64,000 nt of DNA from Corallococcus coralloides (GCF_044792175.1 NZ_CP172866.1), one strand, 5' to 3'; numbered from the stretch's first letter, positions 9,039-21,725 are shown. Made by a program: numbers and translations. The notes: generated by a model not told the origin, from the sequence alone.

Positions 9039-11135
9039 ATGGCCCGCCTGCCCGCCGCAGTGTCCGCCGGAGTCCTCCTCGTGAGCGCCTGTGTCCGCTC
9101 GGTGCCGACGCCCGACGTGCCTCCGCCCCCGGTCGAGCCCTCGAAGGTCATCGCCCAGATTCAGGACTGGGAGGACCGCCGGTCGCTGGGAGGCGGTGAG
9201 CTGCCGCGGCTCGCCACCTCCGCGCCGGAAGCGGCCGTGCGCGTGCGTGCGCTCCGGGCCCTGGCGCGCATCCAGGACGTGGAGACGCTGGAGGCCGTCC
9301 TCGTCGGGCTGACGGCGCCGCGCAATGCCGTGCGCGACGAGGCCGCCTTCGCGGCGGGTGAGCTGGCGCAGTCGTGGGAGCCGCTCCCGGAGGCCGCACG
9401 GACGGCGCTCACGGAAGCGCTGGTGCGCGCCGAGGCCTCGGAAGCCTACGCCCGGGTGCACAACACGCTGCTGGAGTCCCTGGGCAAGCTGGCCACGCCT
9501 GGCGCCGTGGAGGTGCTGACGGCCCGGCTGTCTCCGGCCAATGGCCCCTGGGCCGCGGCCGCGGCGACGGCGTTGGGCGTGGCTGCGCGCAAGGCCGGAC
9601 CCGCGGTCGTGGCGAACGTCCCCCTGGAGACCATCCGCGCGCTGCTGGATCCCCGCTTGCGGAGCGAGGTGAACGTCGCCGGGGCGTACCTCCTGGCGGC
9701 GTCGAAGCGGCTGGACGGCGTGGATGCGCTCCGCTCCTGCATGGCCAGTTCGATACCGGATGTGATGGCCCCGTGCGTGAAGAGCCTGGGCGACCTGGGC
9801 AGCCCGCGGGACGCGCTGGCGCTGAACCTGCTGTCGGGCGAAGCCACGTCCCGCGCGTCGGCGGAGGTGGCGCGTGCGCTGGCGAAGCTCGCCGCGAAGT
9901 GCGAGGCCGGCTCGCCCTGTGAGCCGCTGCTCGCGCTGGAAGGCCAGGCGCACCTGGCGAAGCAGGTGGCGGAGGGGAAGGCGGCGAAAGGCCACGTGTT
10001 GCTGGCGGTGGCGCAGCAGGGCCTTCCGCTCCAGGGCCGGCCGGTGTTGTCGCGCCTGAGGCGTGCGCTGGCGGAAGCCGACCTCGCCGCCGTGTCCGAG
10101 GAGGCCCACGCGGACCTCGCCTGGCTGGACTGCCGTTTCGCGGCGGCCATGGACCGGCAGCAGGGCGCGCTGGAGCAGGTGCGCCAGTGCGGCTACGGCC
10201 GCGTCCCCGAGGCCCGATGGCTCGCGCTGGGACTGCACGAGGTGGCGCAGTCCAAGGGACAGCCCGCTGGAGCCGCGTTCGCGGTGCCCTACCTGGACCA
10301 CGTCAGCCCCATCGTGCGCGGCGCCGCGCTGGACGCGCTCTCCGAACGCCCGGTGCCCGAAGCGATGGCGCCCATCCGCGCGCTCATCGGCGGAGGGGAC
10401 GCGGTGGTGGCGGGGCTGGCCGCGTCCGCCGCCGGCAAGCTGCAGGACGCCGAGGCCCTGCCCGCGGTGCAGGCCCTGGCCGACCGCGTCCCCAAGGAGC
10501 CGGACCTGGCGGAGGCGGTGGCCGGCGCGCTCGTCGCGTTGCAGGGGCAGGGCGCCGAACCCCGCCTGCGCGAATGGCTGAAGCATCCGCACGCGAACGT
10601 GCGCCGGGTCGCCGCCGAGTCCCTCACGTCGCTCACGGGCGCTCCCGTCCGCTCCGCCCGCGTGGAGCTGCCTCCGGAGACGTACCGCCCGCCGGCCGCG
10701 TCCCCCGGGACGACGCTCACGCTGCGCACGCGCAAGGGCGACATCAAGGTCCTTTTGGATCCGGAAGCGCCGCTCACGGGCGGCAACCTGGCGGCGCTCG
10801 CGAAGCAGGGCTACTTCCGGGGCGTCACCTTCCACCGCGTGGTGCCGGACTTCGTCGCGCAGGGCGGAGACCCGCGCGGAGACGGGGAGGGTGGCCCCGG
10901 GTACTCCATCCGCTGCGAGATGACGCGCCGGCCGTATGCGCGGGGCACCGTGGGGATGGCGCTGTCGGGCAAGGACACCGGCGGCAGCCAGTTCTTCTTC
11001 ACCCACTCGCCGCAGCCGCACCTGGACGGCCGCTACACGGCCTTCGGCGAGGTCGTCCAGGGCATGGACGTGGTGGACGCGTTGCTGGAGGGCACGGTCA
11101 TCGACGACGTCATCGTCGGCACGCGCGCCCCCTGA
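9039..11135 (+). CDS. lipoprotein with HEAT/armadillo-like repeats and a C-terminal cyclophilin-type peptidyl-prolyl isomerase domain
   Basis: Signal peptide plus lipobox (LLVSAC). The C-terminus has FHRVVPDFVAQGGDP...GGSQFFFTHSPQPHLDGRYTAFGEVVQGMDVVDAL, a cyclophilin fold signature. Confidence 0.8.
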   Translation: MARLPAAVSAGVLLVSACVRSVPTPDVPPPPVEPSKVIAQIQDWEDRRSLGGGELPRLATSAPEAAVRVRALRALARIQDVETLEAVLVGLTAPRNAVRDEAAFAAGELAQSWEPLPEAARTALTEALVRAEASEAYARVHNTLLESLGKLATPGAVEVLTARLSPANGPWAAAAATALGVAARKAGPAVVANVPLETIRALLDPRLRSEVNVAGAYLLAASKRLDGVDALRSCMASSIPDVMAPCVKSLGDLGSPRDALALNLLSGEATSRASAEVARALAKLAAKCEAGSPCEPLLALEGQAHLAKQVAEGKAAKGHVLLAVAQQGLPLQGRPVLSRLRRALAEADLAAVSEEAHADLAWLDCRFAAAMDRQQGALEQVRQCGYGRVPEARWLALGLHEVAQSKGQPAGAAFAVPYLDHVSPIVRGAALDALSERPVPEAMAPIRALIGGGDAVVAGLAASAAGKLQDAEALPAVQALADRVPKEPDLAEAVAGALVALQGQGAEPRLREWLKHPHANVRRVAAESLTSLTGAPVRSARVELPPETYRPPAASPGTTLTLRTRKGDIKVLLDPEAPLTGGNLAALAKQGYFRGVTFHRVVPDFVAQGGDPRGDGEGGPGYSIRCEMTRRPYARGTVGMALSGKDTGGSQFFFTHSPQPHLDGRYTAFGEVVQGMDVVDALLEGTVIDDVIVGTRAP

Positions 11136-11153
11136 GGCGAAGGCCCTCGCGCT

Positions 11154-12275
11154 TCAGGCCCCGGCGGCGCGCGCGGGCATGGGCTGGCCGTTCGCGTCGA
11201 GCTTCGCTCCCGTCCAGCGGTGGCTCTCCGCCTCCTCCATCAGCTCCACCTCGCGGCGGATGCGGGCCCACTCCGTCTCCGGCAGGCCGAGGAACGCCTC
11301 CGCGAGCATCGGGTCGAACTGCGTGCCCGAGCAGCGGCGGACCTCGTCGCGCGCCACGCTCATGGGCCGCCCCTTGCGGTAGGGCCGGTCGGAGGTGATG
11401 GCGTCCAGCGTGTCCACGAGGCAGAAGATGCGCGCCCCGATGACGATCTCCTCGCCTTGGAGCCCCAGCGGGTAGCCCTTGCCGTCCCAGCGCTCCTGGT
11501 GCTGCAGGACGATGAGCGCCGCCTCGTGCAGGTAGGGCATCTTCGCCAGCATCCGGTAGCCGAACTCCGGGTGCAGCTTCATCTCCACCCACTCGTCCGG
11601 CGTGAGCGGCCCGGGCTTGAGCAGGATGGAGTCCCGCACGCCGATCTTCCCGATGTCGTGCAGGAGCGCGCCCTGCTCCACCACGTCCAGCGCCGGCCCG
11701 GTGAGGCCGATCTCCTGCGCCAGCCGCCGCGCGTACAGCGACACCCGCCGCGAGTGCCACTGCGTCTCCGTGTCCCGGTAGTCCAGCGCGCTGATGAGCC
11801 CGTCCAGCAGCCCCGTGGTGCGCTCGATGACCCGGCGCTCCAGCCCCTCGTTGATGGACAGGAGCTCCGCGTTCTTCTCCGCCACCTCGCGCGTCAGCCG
11901 CTCGTTGGCCGCCACCAGCCGGTGGTGCTCGATGGCCTGCCGCACGCTGCTGGTCAGCTCGCTCAGCGCCCACGGCTTGCCCAGCAGCCGGAAGACCTCG
12001 CCCCGGTTCACCGCCTCCGACGCCGTCTTGAAGTCCGCCGCCGCCGTCAGCATCAGCCGCACCGCGCGGGGGTTCTTCTCCCGCAGCGCGGACAACAGCT
12101 CGATGCCGTTGAGGTACGGCATCATGAAGTCCGTCAGCACGACGTCGAAGCCCTGCTCCCGCGCCGCCACCACCGGGTCGCTGTGCGTCACGACCTCGTA
12201 ACCCTCCGCCTGGAGGATCCGGGACAGCGCGGCGAGGATGAGCACGTCGTCGTCCACCACGAGGATTCGGGCCAT
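11154..12275 (-). CDS. response regulator with HD-GYP phosphodiesterase domain (RpfG-like)
   Basis: REC domain with acidic pocket and phospho-acceptor context VVLTDFMMP. HD-GYP motifs HDIGK and HQERWDGKGYPLGL are present. Confidence 0.85.
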   Translation of the reverse strand: MARILVVDDDVLILAALSRILQAEGYEVVTHSDPVVAAREQGFDVVLTDFMMPYLNGIELLSALREKNPRAVRLMLTAAADFKTASEAVNRGEVFRLLGKPWALSELTSSVRQAIEHHRLVAANERLTREVAEKNAELLSINEGLERRVIERTTGLLDGLISALDYRDTETQWHSRRVSLYARRLAQEIGLTGPALDVVEQGALLHDIGKIGVRDSILLKPGPLTPDEWVEMKLHPEFGYRMLAKMPYLHEAALIVLQHQERWDGKGYPLGLQGEEIVIGARIFCLVDTLDAITSDRPYRKGRPMSVARDEVRRCSGTQFDPMLAEAFLGLPETEWARIRREVELMEEAESHRWTGAKLDANGQPMPARAAGA

Positions 12276-12522
12276 GGGCTGATACGCTCCGAGCGAGTGG
12301 GCTGCGTTTTTTCTCAGAGTCTTATAGCCGGTCCGCAGACGGGCAAACAGGCCCCCCCAAGCTTTCCAGTGCCGCTAAACTGCCGGAATTCTTGAGGTTT
12401 CCCCGAAACAGGCGGTCGCCGGATTCCACGTCCTGCTTGCCTGCCCGAGGAGCCGTGTTCTATGGTGGCCTCCTACCCGACGTAAATGGTTGTAACCCCT
12501 TGGAATTCGGGAGCAATCTCCG

Positions 12523-13524
12523 ATGGCTAGAGCCCCTGAAGGGCCGGTGCCGGTGGTGGTGATGGGGCTGGGGTTCATCGGGCAGGAAATTGCCAGGGCC
12601 GCCCTGTCGTCCCCCGAAGTGGAGCTGATGGGCGCGGTGGACTCGCAGGCCTCCCTGGTGGGTCGTCCCCTGGGCGACGTGCTGGGGCTGGCCGGTCCGC
12701 GCTTCAAGGTGTCGGACTCGCTGGAGCGCGCCGTGGGGCGCCGCAAGGGCGTGGTGGTGCTGCACGCCACCAGCTCCCGGCTGTCCCAGGTGATGGATCA
12801 GCTCCTGGACGCGCTGAAGCTGGGCCTGCCGGTGGCCAGCACCTGCGAGGAGCTGGCGTTCCCGCACCTCAAGTACCCGGAGCTGGCGGACAAGCTGGAG
12901 CGCGCCGCGCAGAAGGCGGGCGTCGCCATCGTGGGCACGGGCGTGAACCCGGGCTTCGTGCTGGACCGCCTGGTGGCCACCGCCGGTCAGGTGTGCGGCC
13001 CCGTGCGCAAGGTGCTGGCCAGCCGGGTGGTGGACGCCCGCACGCGCCGTGAGGCCCTGCAGCGCAAGGTGGGCGCGGGCCTGACGGAGGAGGAGTTCTT
13101 CGACCTGGTGGACCGCGAGGAGCTGGGCCACGTGGGGCTGGTGGAGTCCGCGGCGATGGCGGCGGTGGGGCTGGGGCTGGACTGCGACGACTTCGAGGAG
13201 GAGGTCGCGCCCGTGTTCGCCGAGGAGGACATCACCGGCGGCGCATTTGTCGTGAAGAAAGGCCGCGTCGCGGGCATGTTCCAATCCGTGGTGGGTTTGG
13301 AGGAGGGGCAGGAGCGGGTCCGCCTGGAGCTGACCATCGCGATGGGGGCGGACAACCCACGGGATCGCATCGAGATCGACGCGGATCCCAAGCTGGTGCT
13401 GGAGATACCGGGGGGAGTGGCGGGTGACCGGGCCACCGCGAACGCGCTGGTGAATGCCGCGCCACGTTTGACGGCCGCGGAGGCCGGGCTCCTGACGGTG
13501 CTCGAGCTTCCGGCAGGCCGCTGA
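12523..13524 (+). CDS. DapB_N-type NAD(P)-binding oxidoreductase (dihydrodipicolinate reductase / amine dehydrogenase-like)
   Basis: N-terminal Rossmann motif VVVMGLGFIGQEIARAAL. The 333-aa length fits the DapB-like amine dehydrogenase family better than canonical DapB. Confidence 0.5.
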   Translation: MARAPEGPVPVVVMGLGFIGQEIARAALSSPEVELMGAVDSQASLVGRPLGDVLGLAGPRFKVSDSLERAVGRRKGVVVLHATSSRLSQVMDQLLDALKLGLPVASTCEELAFPHLKYPELADKLERAAQKAGVAIVGTGVNPGFVLDRLVATAGQVCGPVRKVLASRVVDARTRREALQRKVGAGLTEEEFFDLVDREELGHVGLVESAAMAAVGLGLDCDDFEEEVAPVFAEEDITGGAFVVKKGRVAGMFQSVVGLEEGQERVRLELTIAMGADNPRDRIEIDADPKLVLEIPGGVAGDRATANALVNAAPRLTAAEAGLLTVLELPAGR

Positions 13525-13544
13525 AGACTCATCAGGAGAGGGAA

Positions 13545-13994
13545 ATGCTGGACAAGAACGCGATTGGCCGCGCCTCGCCGCCGACGCTCAACGAGGTGGA
13601 GAAGGGCGCCATCCGGCGCTTCGCCGAGGCAATCGGCGACTACAATCCCATCTACTACGACGAGGAGTACGCCCGCGCGTCGGGCTACCCCACCATCGTC
13701 GCGCCTCCCACGTTTCCCGCGTCGTTCCATTCCGCCGCGGACCTCCGGGAGCTGTTGGGGGTGGGCATCAAGAGCCTGCTGCACGCCGAGCAGGGCTTCG
13801 ACTACGAGCGGCCCATCTTCGCGGGGGACCGCATCTACGTGTCCACCCGCGTGTCGGACGTCTTCGAGCGGCCGGGCATGTCCGGCAAGATGGACATCGC
13901 GGTCATCGAGGACGAAGGCCGGGACGAAGAGGGCAACCTCGTCTTCCGCGCCCGCCGGACCCTCGTGGTGCGTGCCGCCAAGGAGAACGCCTGA
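13545..13994 (+). CDS. MaoC-like (hot-dog) dehydratase subunit, HadA-like N-terminal type
   Basis: 149 aa. Hot-dog dehydratase features are GDYNPIYYDEEYA and TIVAPPTFP. Confidence 0.7.
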   Translation: MLDKNAIGRASPPTLNEVEKGAIRRFAEAIGDYNPIYYDEEYARASGYPTIVAPPTFPASFHSAADLRELLGVGIKSLLHAEQGFDYERPIFAGDRIYVSTRVSDVFERPGMSGKMDIAVIEDEGRDEEGNLVFRARRTLVVRAAKENA

Positions 13995-14692
13995 TGCCCG
14001 CGCGCAAGCTCTACTTCGAATCCATCCGCGTCGGTGACGAGCTGCCGGCGCTGGCCAAGGCCCCGGTGGACCGCGTCCAGTTGTCGCGCTACGCGGGCGC
14101 CTCCGGCGACTACAACCCCGTGCACGTGGACGAGCTCTACGCCAAGAGCGTGGGCATGCCGTCCGTCTACGCCCCCGGCATGCTCGTCATGGGCATGTTG
14201 GGCCAGCTCATCAGCGACTGGGCCCGGGGCGGCCAGCTCCGGCGCTACAACGTCCGCTTCATCAAGATGGTGTGGCCGGGCGACACCGTGGTCTGCAAGG
14301 GCCGCGTGAGCGACCGCCACGGCTCCGGCGGCCGCTACTTCGTCGAAATCGACCTCTGGGCGGAGAACCAGAAGGGCGAGCTCGTCATGAAGGGCGGCTC
14401 GCAGATCCAGCTCTTCTACTCGCTGGAGGACGAGAACCGGCAGCGCTCCGGCCAGTCCCCCATCGTGGTGGAGGTGCCGCGCGAGAGCCTGGTCGTCCCG
14501 GCGCCCGCCGCCCCGGAGGCCACGAGCGCCCAGGCGCCCGCCGCCCCGGAGCGCGACCGGGACGAGGACGACGAGGACGACGAGGAGTCGGACGAGCCCC
14601 GCTCCGGCGCCTCGTCCAAGAAGACCGCCCCCCGGGAGAAGCCCGCCGCGAAGACAGCGTCCCTCCCGGCCGCGAAGAAGGCCAGGAAGTAG
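13994..14692 (+). CDS. MaoC-like (R)-specific enoyl-CoA hydratase subunit with acidic/basic low-complexity tail
   Basis: Carries SGDYNPVHVDELYAKSVGMP, the MaoC catalytic motif. Its start abuts the stop of the preceding MaoC gene. The C-terminal 70 aa are D/E-rich then K/A-rich. Confidence 0.75.
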   Translation: MPARKLYFESIRVGDELPALAKAPVDRVQLSRYAGASGDYNPVHVDELYAKSVGMPSVYAPGMLVMGMLGQLISDWARGGQLRRYNVRFIKMVWPGDTVVCKGRVSDRHGSGGRYFVEIDLWAENQKGELVMKGGSQIQLFYSLEDENRQRSGQSPIVVEVPRESLVVPAPAAPEATSAQAPAAPERDRDEDDEDDEESDEPRSGASSKKTAPREKPAAKTASLPAAKKARK

Positions 14693-14890
14693 GCCTTCCA
14701 GGGGCGTCCCAAGGCGAATTCCCGCGTTCGAGAAGGGCGGCTTCGACCGCTCGTCAACGCGGGGTGTCATCTTGGGTTGACTCAAAAATCAGTCGACGCC
14801 ACACTTCCTGCGTCACATGGGCCGCTGACCCTTACTTTTTCCCGCCCTGCGGGAAGCAGGCAGGCAGCGAGCCCCTACGCAGGAGTGGCC

Positions 14891-16735
<1,845 letters not shown>

Positions 16736-16795
16736 GGCACTTGAAGTCCTGAAGTGAAGAAGGCCCTCCGGCACATGCGCCGGGGGGCCTTTTGC

Positions 16796-17251
16796 TTAGT
16801 TGCCTTCGCGCACGCCGATGGCGAGCTGCGCGAGGCCGGCCTTCTTCGCCAGCTCCATCACCTGCACCACGGTGCCGTGGGGGACGCCTTCGTCCGCCTG
16901 GACGATCACCACGGTGTCGGGGTTCTGGTTCTTCGCGGTGTCGAAGGCCTGCTTCAGCTCGGCCTCGGCGACGACGTTGCCCGCGAGCACGAAGCGGCCG
17001 TCCGCCAGCACCGCCACGGACAGGTCCGTGGTGCGCGCGGTGACGTCCGCGGCGCCGCCCTTGGGCAGGTTCACCTTGAGGCCCGCCTTCGCGCCGCCGC
17101 CCGGTCCCTGCTGGGTGATGACCGAGCTGGTCACCATGAAGATGATGAGCAGCACGAGCATCACGTCCGTCAGCGGCGTGATGTTGATCTCCGCGAAGCC
17201 CGCGCCCTCCACCTCGTCGTCGCCCGAGCCGGGCGTCTTTCCCATGGCCAT
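16796..17251 (-). CDS. exbD: ExbD/TolR-family biopolymer transport protein
   Basis: 151 aa with a single N-terminal TM helix and the typical ExbD periplasmic domain. Confidence 0.85.
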   Translation of the reverse strand: MAMGKTPGSGDDEVEGAGFAEINITPLTDVMLVLLIIFMVTSSVITQQGPGGGAKAGLKVNLPKGGAADVTARTTDLSVAVLADGRFVLAGNVVAEAELKQAFDTAKNQNPDTVVIVQADEGVPHGTVVQVMELAKKAGLAQLAIGVREGN

Positions 17252-17266
17252 GGTGGGCGTGTCTCC

Positions 17267-17998
17267 TTACGAGGCGGGCTGCGGATCCGGGCGGGGAGCG
17301 GGGGGCGGGGTGCTCTCGCGCGGGGGCGGCGTGGTTTCCGGCAGCGGGCCGCCGGCGGAGCGCTCCTTGAGGACCTCCGCGAACTCGTCGCCCAACAGGC
17401 GCAGCTCCACCAGCACGCGGGACAGCCGGGCCTGGAAGTAGTTGTAGAAGACCATCGCCTGCACGGCGACGAGGATGCCCACGGCGGTGGCGACGAGCGC
17501 CTCGGAGATGCCCGTCATCACGGCCGCGGAGCCGCCGGTGCCGCCGGCCTCCACGTCCACGCCCAGGTCCTTGAAGGAGCGCATGATGCCGGCCACGGTG
17601 CCGAAGAGGCCCACGAAGGGCGTCGTCGAGCCGATGGTGGCGAGCAGCCACAGGTTGCGCCGCAGCTTCAAGCCCACCTGGGCGCGCTCGCGCTCCACGG
17701 CGGACTCGATGCCGTTGCCGCCGCTGGCGCGGGAGCGCTCCCAGCGATCGAACCCGGCGAGGAAGATGTCGGCCGCCACGGCGTCGGAGCGCTCGGCGGC
17801 GGTGCGGGCGGCGGCCACGTCCCCCCGGAGGAGGTGCTTCTGGACGATCTCCCCCAGGTTGCGGGAGCGCTCGCTCACGCCCCAGAGGGCGATGAGCCGC
17901 TCGATGGCCACGCCCAGGGCCACCACGGAGGCGCCCAGGAGGAGGGCGAGGGTGACGCCGCCCAGGCGAAGGTAATGAAGTAGATCGTTCAGGCTCAT
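17267..17998 (-). CDS. exbB: MotA/TolQ/ExbB proton-channel family protein
   Basis: 243 aa with three TM segments and the conserved TolQ/ExbB C-terminal region TIGSTTPFVGLFGTVAGIM. Lies directly upstream of exbD. Confidence 0.85.
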   Translation of the reverse strand: MSLNDLLHYLRLGGVTLALLLGASVVALGVAIERLIALWGVSERSRNLGEIVQKHLLRGDVAAARTAAERSDAVAADIFLAGFDRWERSRASGGNGIESAVERERAQVGLKLRRNLWLLATIGSTTPFVGLFGTVAGIMRSFKDLGVDVEAGGTGGSAAVMTGISEALVATAVGILVAVQAMVFYNYFQARLSRVLVELRLLGDEFAEVLKERSAGGPLPETTPPPRESTPPPAPRPDPQPAS

Positions 17999-18040
17999 GA
18001 TGGATGACCGGGCAGGCGGCCCTGGCTCACACTAGGACAT

Positions 18041-18871
18041 ATGAACCGCGCAGCCGCCGCAATCTTCCTGGCCCTCCTCTGTTCGGCCTGCCCCAAACGT
18101 CTCGAATTCGGTCCGGAGGGCCGCATCGAGGACGCCCAGACGCTCTACCAGCACGTGCGCGAGCGGCAGGCGAAGGTGGTGAACCTGGAGGGCGACGCCA
18201 AGCTCCACGTGGACTCCCCGCAGGGCAGCGGCACGCTCTCCACCTATCTTTCCATCACCCGCCCGGCCCTCATCCACCTGGAGACGTACGACTTCTTCAA
18301 CCGCCCGGTGGCCTCGCTCGTCTCCGACGGTGAGCGCTTCGGCATCTACCAGGCGCGGGAGAACACGTACCTCCAGGGCCCCGCGAGCGCGGAGAACGTG
18401 TCCCGCTTCCTGCCCGTCGTCCTGCCGAGCGAGGAGCTGGTGGCGGTGATGCTGGGCCAGGTCCCCCTCCTGCCGCCGGAGTCCATGACCCTGGAGTTGG
18501 ACGAGAAGGAGCGGGTCTACGTGCTCAAGCTCCAGCGGGGGCCGGCGACACAGACACTGCGCGTGGACCCCAAGCACCTGCGCGTGGTGAAGAGCGAGGT
18601 CCGGGGCGTGCCGGGCTACGACCTGGCGTTCGAGGACTTCCAGCAGCGGGGCGACCAGTTCTTCCCGGACAAGGTGCACCTCATCGCCGCCTCGGCGGAC
18701 ACGAAGCTGGACCTGAAGTACACGGACATCCGCCTCAACGGCCGCCCGGACCTGACGCTCTATGAAATGGGCGCGCCCGAGGGGGCGAAGGTGGTGGACG
18801 TCGACGCGCGGGGCCAGGAGGTCCGCCCGGAAGGGGCGGTGTCGCAGCCGCCCCCTGCGCCGGGTTCCTGA
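18041..18871 (+). CDS. lipoprotein of unknown function (LolB/DUF4292-like size and composition)
   Basis: Signal peptide with lipobox LLCSAC. No recognisable catalytic motif. Divergent from exbB. Confidence 0.5.
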   Translation: MNRAAAAIFLALLCSACPKRLEFGPEGRIEDAQTLYQHVRERQAKVVNLEGDAKLHVDSPQGSGTLSTYLSITRPALIHLETYDFFNRPVASLVSDGERFGIYQARENTYLQGPASAENVSRFLPVVLPSEELVAVMLGQVPLLPPESMTLELDEKERVYVLKLQRGPATQTLRVDPKHLRVVKSEVRGVPGYDLAFEDFQQRGDQFFPDKVHLIAASADTKLDLKYTDIRLNGRPDLTLYEMGAPEGAKVVDVDARGQEVRPEGAVSQPPPAPGS

Positions 18872-18930
18872 GCTTCCAGGCGTCGAAAGGCAGCGTCCCG
18901 GCGCAAACCGGGTACTATGGCGCGCACGAC

Positions 18931-19680
18931 ATGGCACAGATCAAGCTTGGAGAACTGCTGATCAAGGCGAACGTCCTGCAGGAGAGCCAGCTCAAGGCGG
19001 CGCTCGCCGAGCAGGCCAAGTGGGGCGGGAAGCTGGGCGAGATCCTCGTCCGGATGAACCTCGTCTCCGAGGACATCCTCGTGCGCGCCCTGTCGAAACA
19101 GTTGGGCATGCCGGCGGTGAACCTGGACTCCGTGCAGATGGTGCCGCCGCACGTGAAGGCCAAGATTCCGGCGCAGACGGCGCGCGACTTCTCCGTGGTG
19201 CCGCTGCAACTGCGCGACGACGGCAAGACGCTGGTCGTCGCCATGTCGGATCCGCTCAACGTGCGCGTGCTGGACGAGCTGCGCGCCCTGTCCAAGTGCC
19301 GCATCGTGGCCAACGTGGCCGGGCGCACCTCCGTGGCGCGGGCGTTCGCGCGCCTCTACGAGGAGACGGCGGAGCTGGAGGACGCGGACACCAACTTCAA
19401 GGTGGTGGACGCCCAAGGCCGCACCGTCGTGAAGAACCTCAAGGACCTGGACCCGGCCGCCGCCGTCGCCATGTCCCCCAAGCCCGCCGCCGCTCCGCCG
19501 CCCCGCCAGGCCCCCCCGCCGGAGGCGCCGCGCGCGGCCTCGGGCAGCCCCGCGGAGCTGCTCAAGAGCGTGGAGGAGGTCCAGCGCAAGGAGGTCGCGG
19601 CGCTGAAGGCCATGGTGGAGCTGCTCATCGAGAAGGGCGTTTTCTCCCGCGAGGAATACCTCGCCAAGGTCAAGCGGTAG
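18931..19680 (+). CDS. stand-alone MshEN (GspE N-terminal, T2SSE_N) domain protein; candidate c-di-GMP receptor
   Basis: Two consecutive 24-residue MshEN motifs, IKLGELLIKANVLQESQLKAALAEQ and KLGEILVRMNLVSEDILVRALSKQ. No ATPase domain. Pro-rich linker and a conserved C-terminal helix. Confidence 0.75.
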   Translation: MAQIKLGELLIKANVLQESQLKAALAEQAKWGGKLGEILVRMNLVSEDILVRALSKQLGMPAVNLDSVQMVPPHVKAKIPAQTARDFSVVPLQLRDDGKTLVVAMSDPLNVRVLDELRALSKCRIVANVAGRTSVARAFARLYEETAELEDADTNFKVVDAQGRTVVKNLKDLDPAAAVAMSPKPAAAPPPRQAPPPEAPRAASGSPAELLKSVEEVQRKEVAALKAMVELLIEKGVFSREEYLAKVKR

Positions 19681-19689
19681 CCCCCGGCC

Positions 19690-20693
19690 ATGCGCAAGAA
19701 GATTGGTGAACTCCTCGTCCAGGCCGGAGTGGTGACGGACGAGCAGGTGAAGCAGGCCCTCGCGTCCGGACGGCGCGGCCAGGGCCGCAAGCTGGGTGAG
19801 GTGCTGGTGTCCATGGGCCTGTGCACGGGCCGGGACATCGCGCGGGCGCTGGCGGCGCAGCACGAGCTGCCGTTCGTGGAGATCCCCGAGTACATCCCGC
19901 ATGCGGTGTCCTCGCTGGTGTCCATGGACTTCCAGACCGAGCACCGGGTGCTCCTCTTCGCGGCGGAGCAGGACGGCCGCAGCGAGAAGATCCACGTCGC
20001 GGTGGAGGACCCGGGCAACCTGATGCTGGTGGACGAGCTGCGCTTCCAGCTTCGCAAGCCGCTGAAGGTGTTCGTCGCCGCGCCGGATGACCTGGAGCAG
20101 GCGTTGTCGCGCGGCCGGGGCGAGCCCCTGGACATCGTGGAGGCTGAACCGATGGACATGGACGAGGACGATTCGCCGGACATCCTGACGTCTCCGCCGC
20201 CCCCGCCCGCCGCCGCGCGCGCGCCCACGCCGCCGCGTCCGCCCGCGCCGGCGCTGGACTGGGACCTGCCGCCGCCGCCGCCCAACGAGTCGGGCGTGGA
20301 CGGCGCGGAGGTGCTGGAGGACATCCTGGGCTCCACGCCCCGTCCCAAGGTCCCCAAGGCCCCGCGTCCGCCGCCCCCGCCCGCCGCGGCCCGTCCGCCG
20401 CCGCCTCCGCCCCCCGCGGAGCCGGAGGACCCGAGCAAGCCGCGCGTCCCGGTGGTGCTCTTCGGCGGCGCCGCGCAGGGCGTGAAGCCGTCCGTGGCGC
20501 TCACGCCCAAGCCGGACTTCTCCGAGGAGGACCTGGCGGTGCTGGACGACATCGACCGCATCTCGCGCGGCGAAGAGGCCAGCCTGGACACGGAGAAGGT
20601 GAAGCCCGCGCGCATGGTCGCGAGCCTCATCCGCCTGCTCATCCGCAAGGGGCTCATCCAGGAGGCGGAGTTCCTGGAGGAGCTGGCCCAGAA

Positions 20694-20697
<4 letters not shown>
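19690..20697 (+). CDS. stand-alone MshEN domain protein paralog with long Pro-rich linker
   Basis: Motifs [24 protein letters not shown] and [24 protein letters not shown]. The C-terminal helix is similar to the upstream paralog. Its stop overlaps the next start (GTGA). Confidence 0.75.

Positions 20698-21721
<1,024 letters not shown>

Positions 21722-21725
<4 letters not shown>

Noticed and set aside
8913-11021. 702-aa minus-strand ORF
   Set aside because: Antisense of the HEAT/cyclophilin lipoprotein gene. The + strand product has clear lipobox and PPIase motifs.
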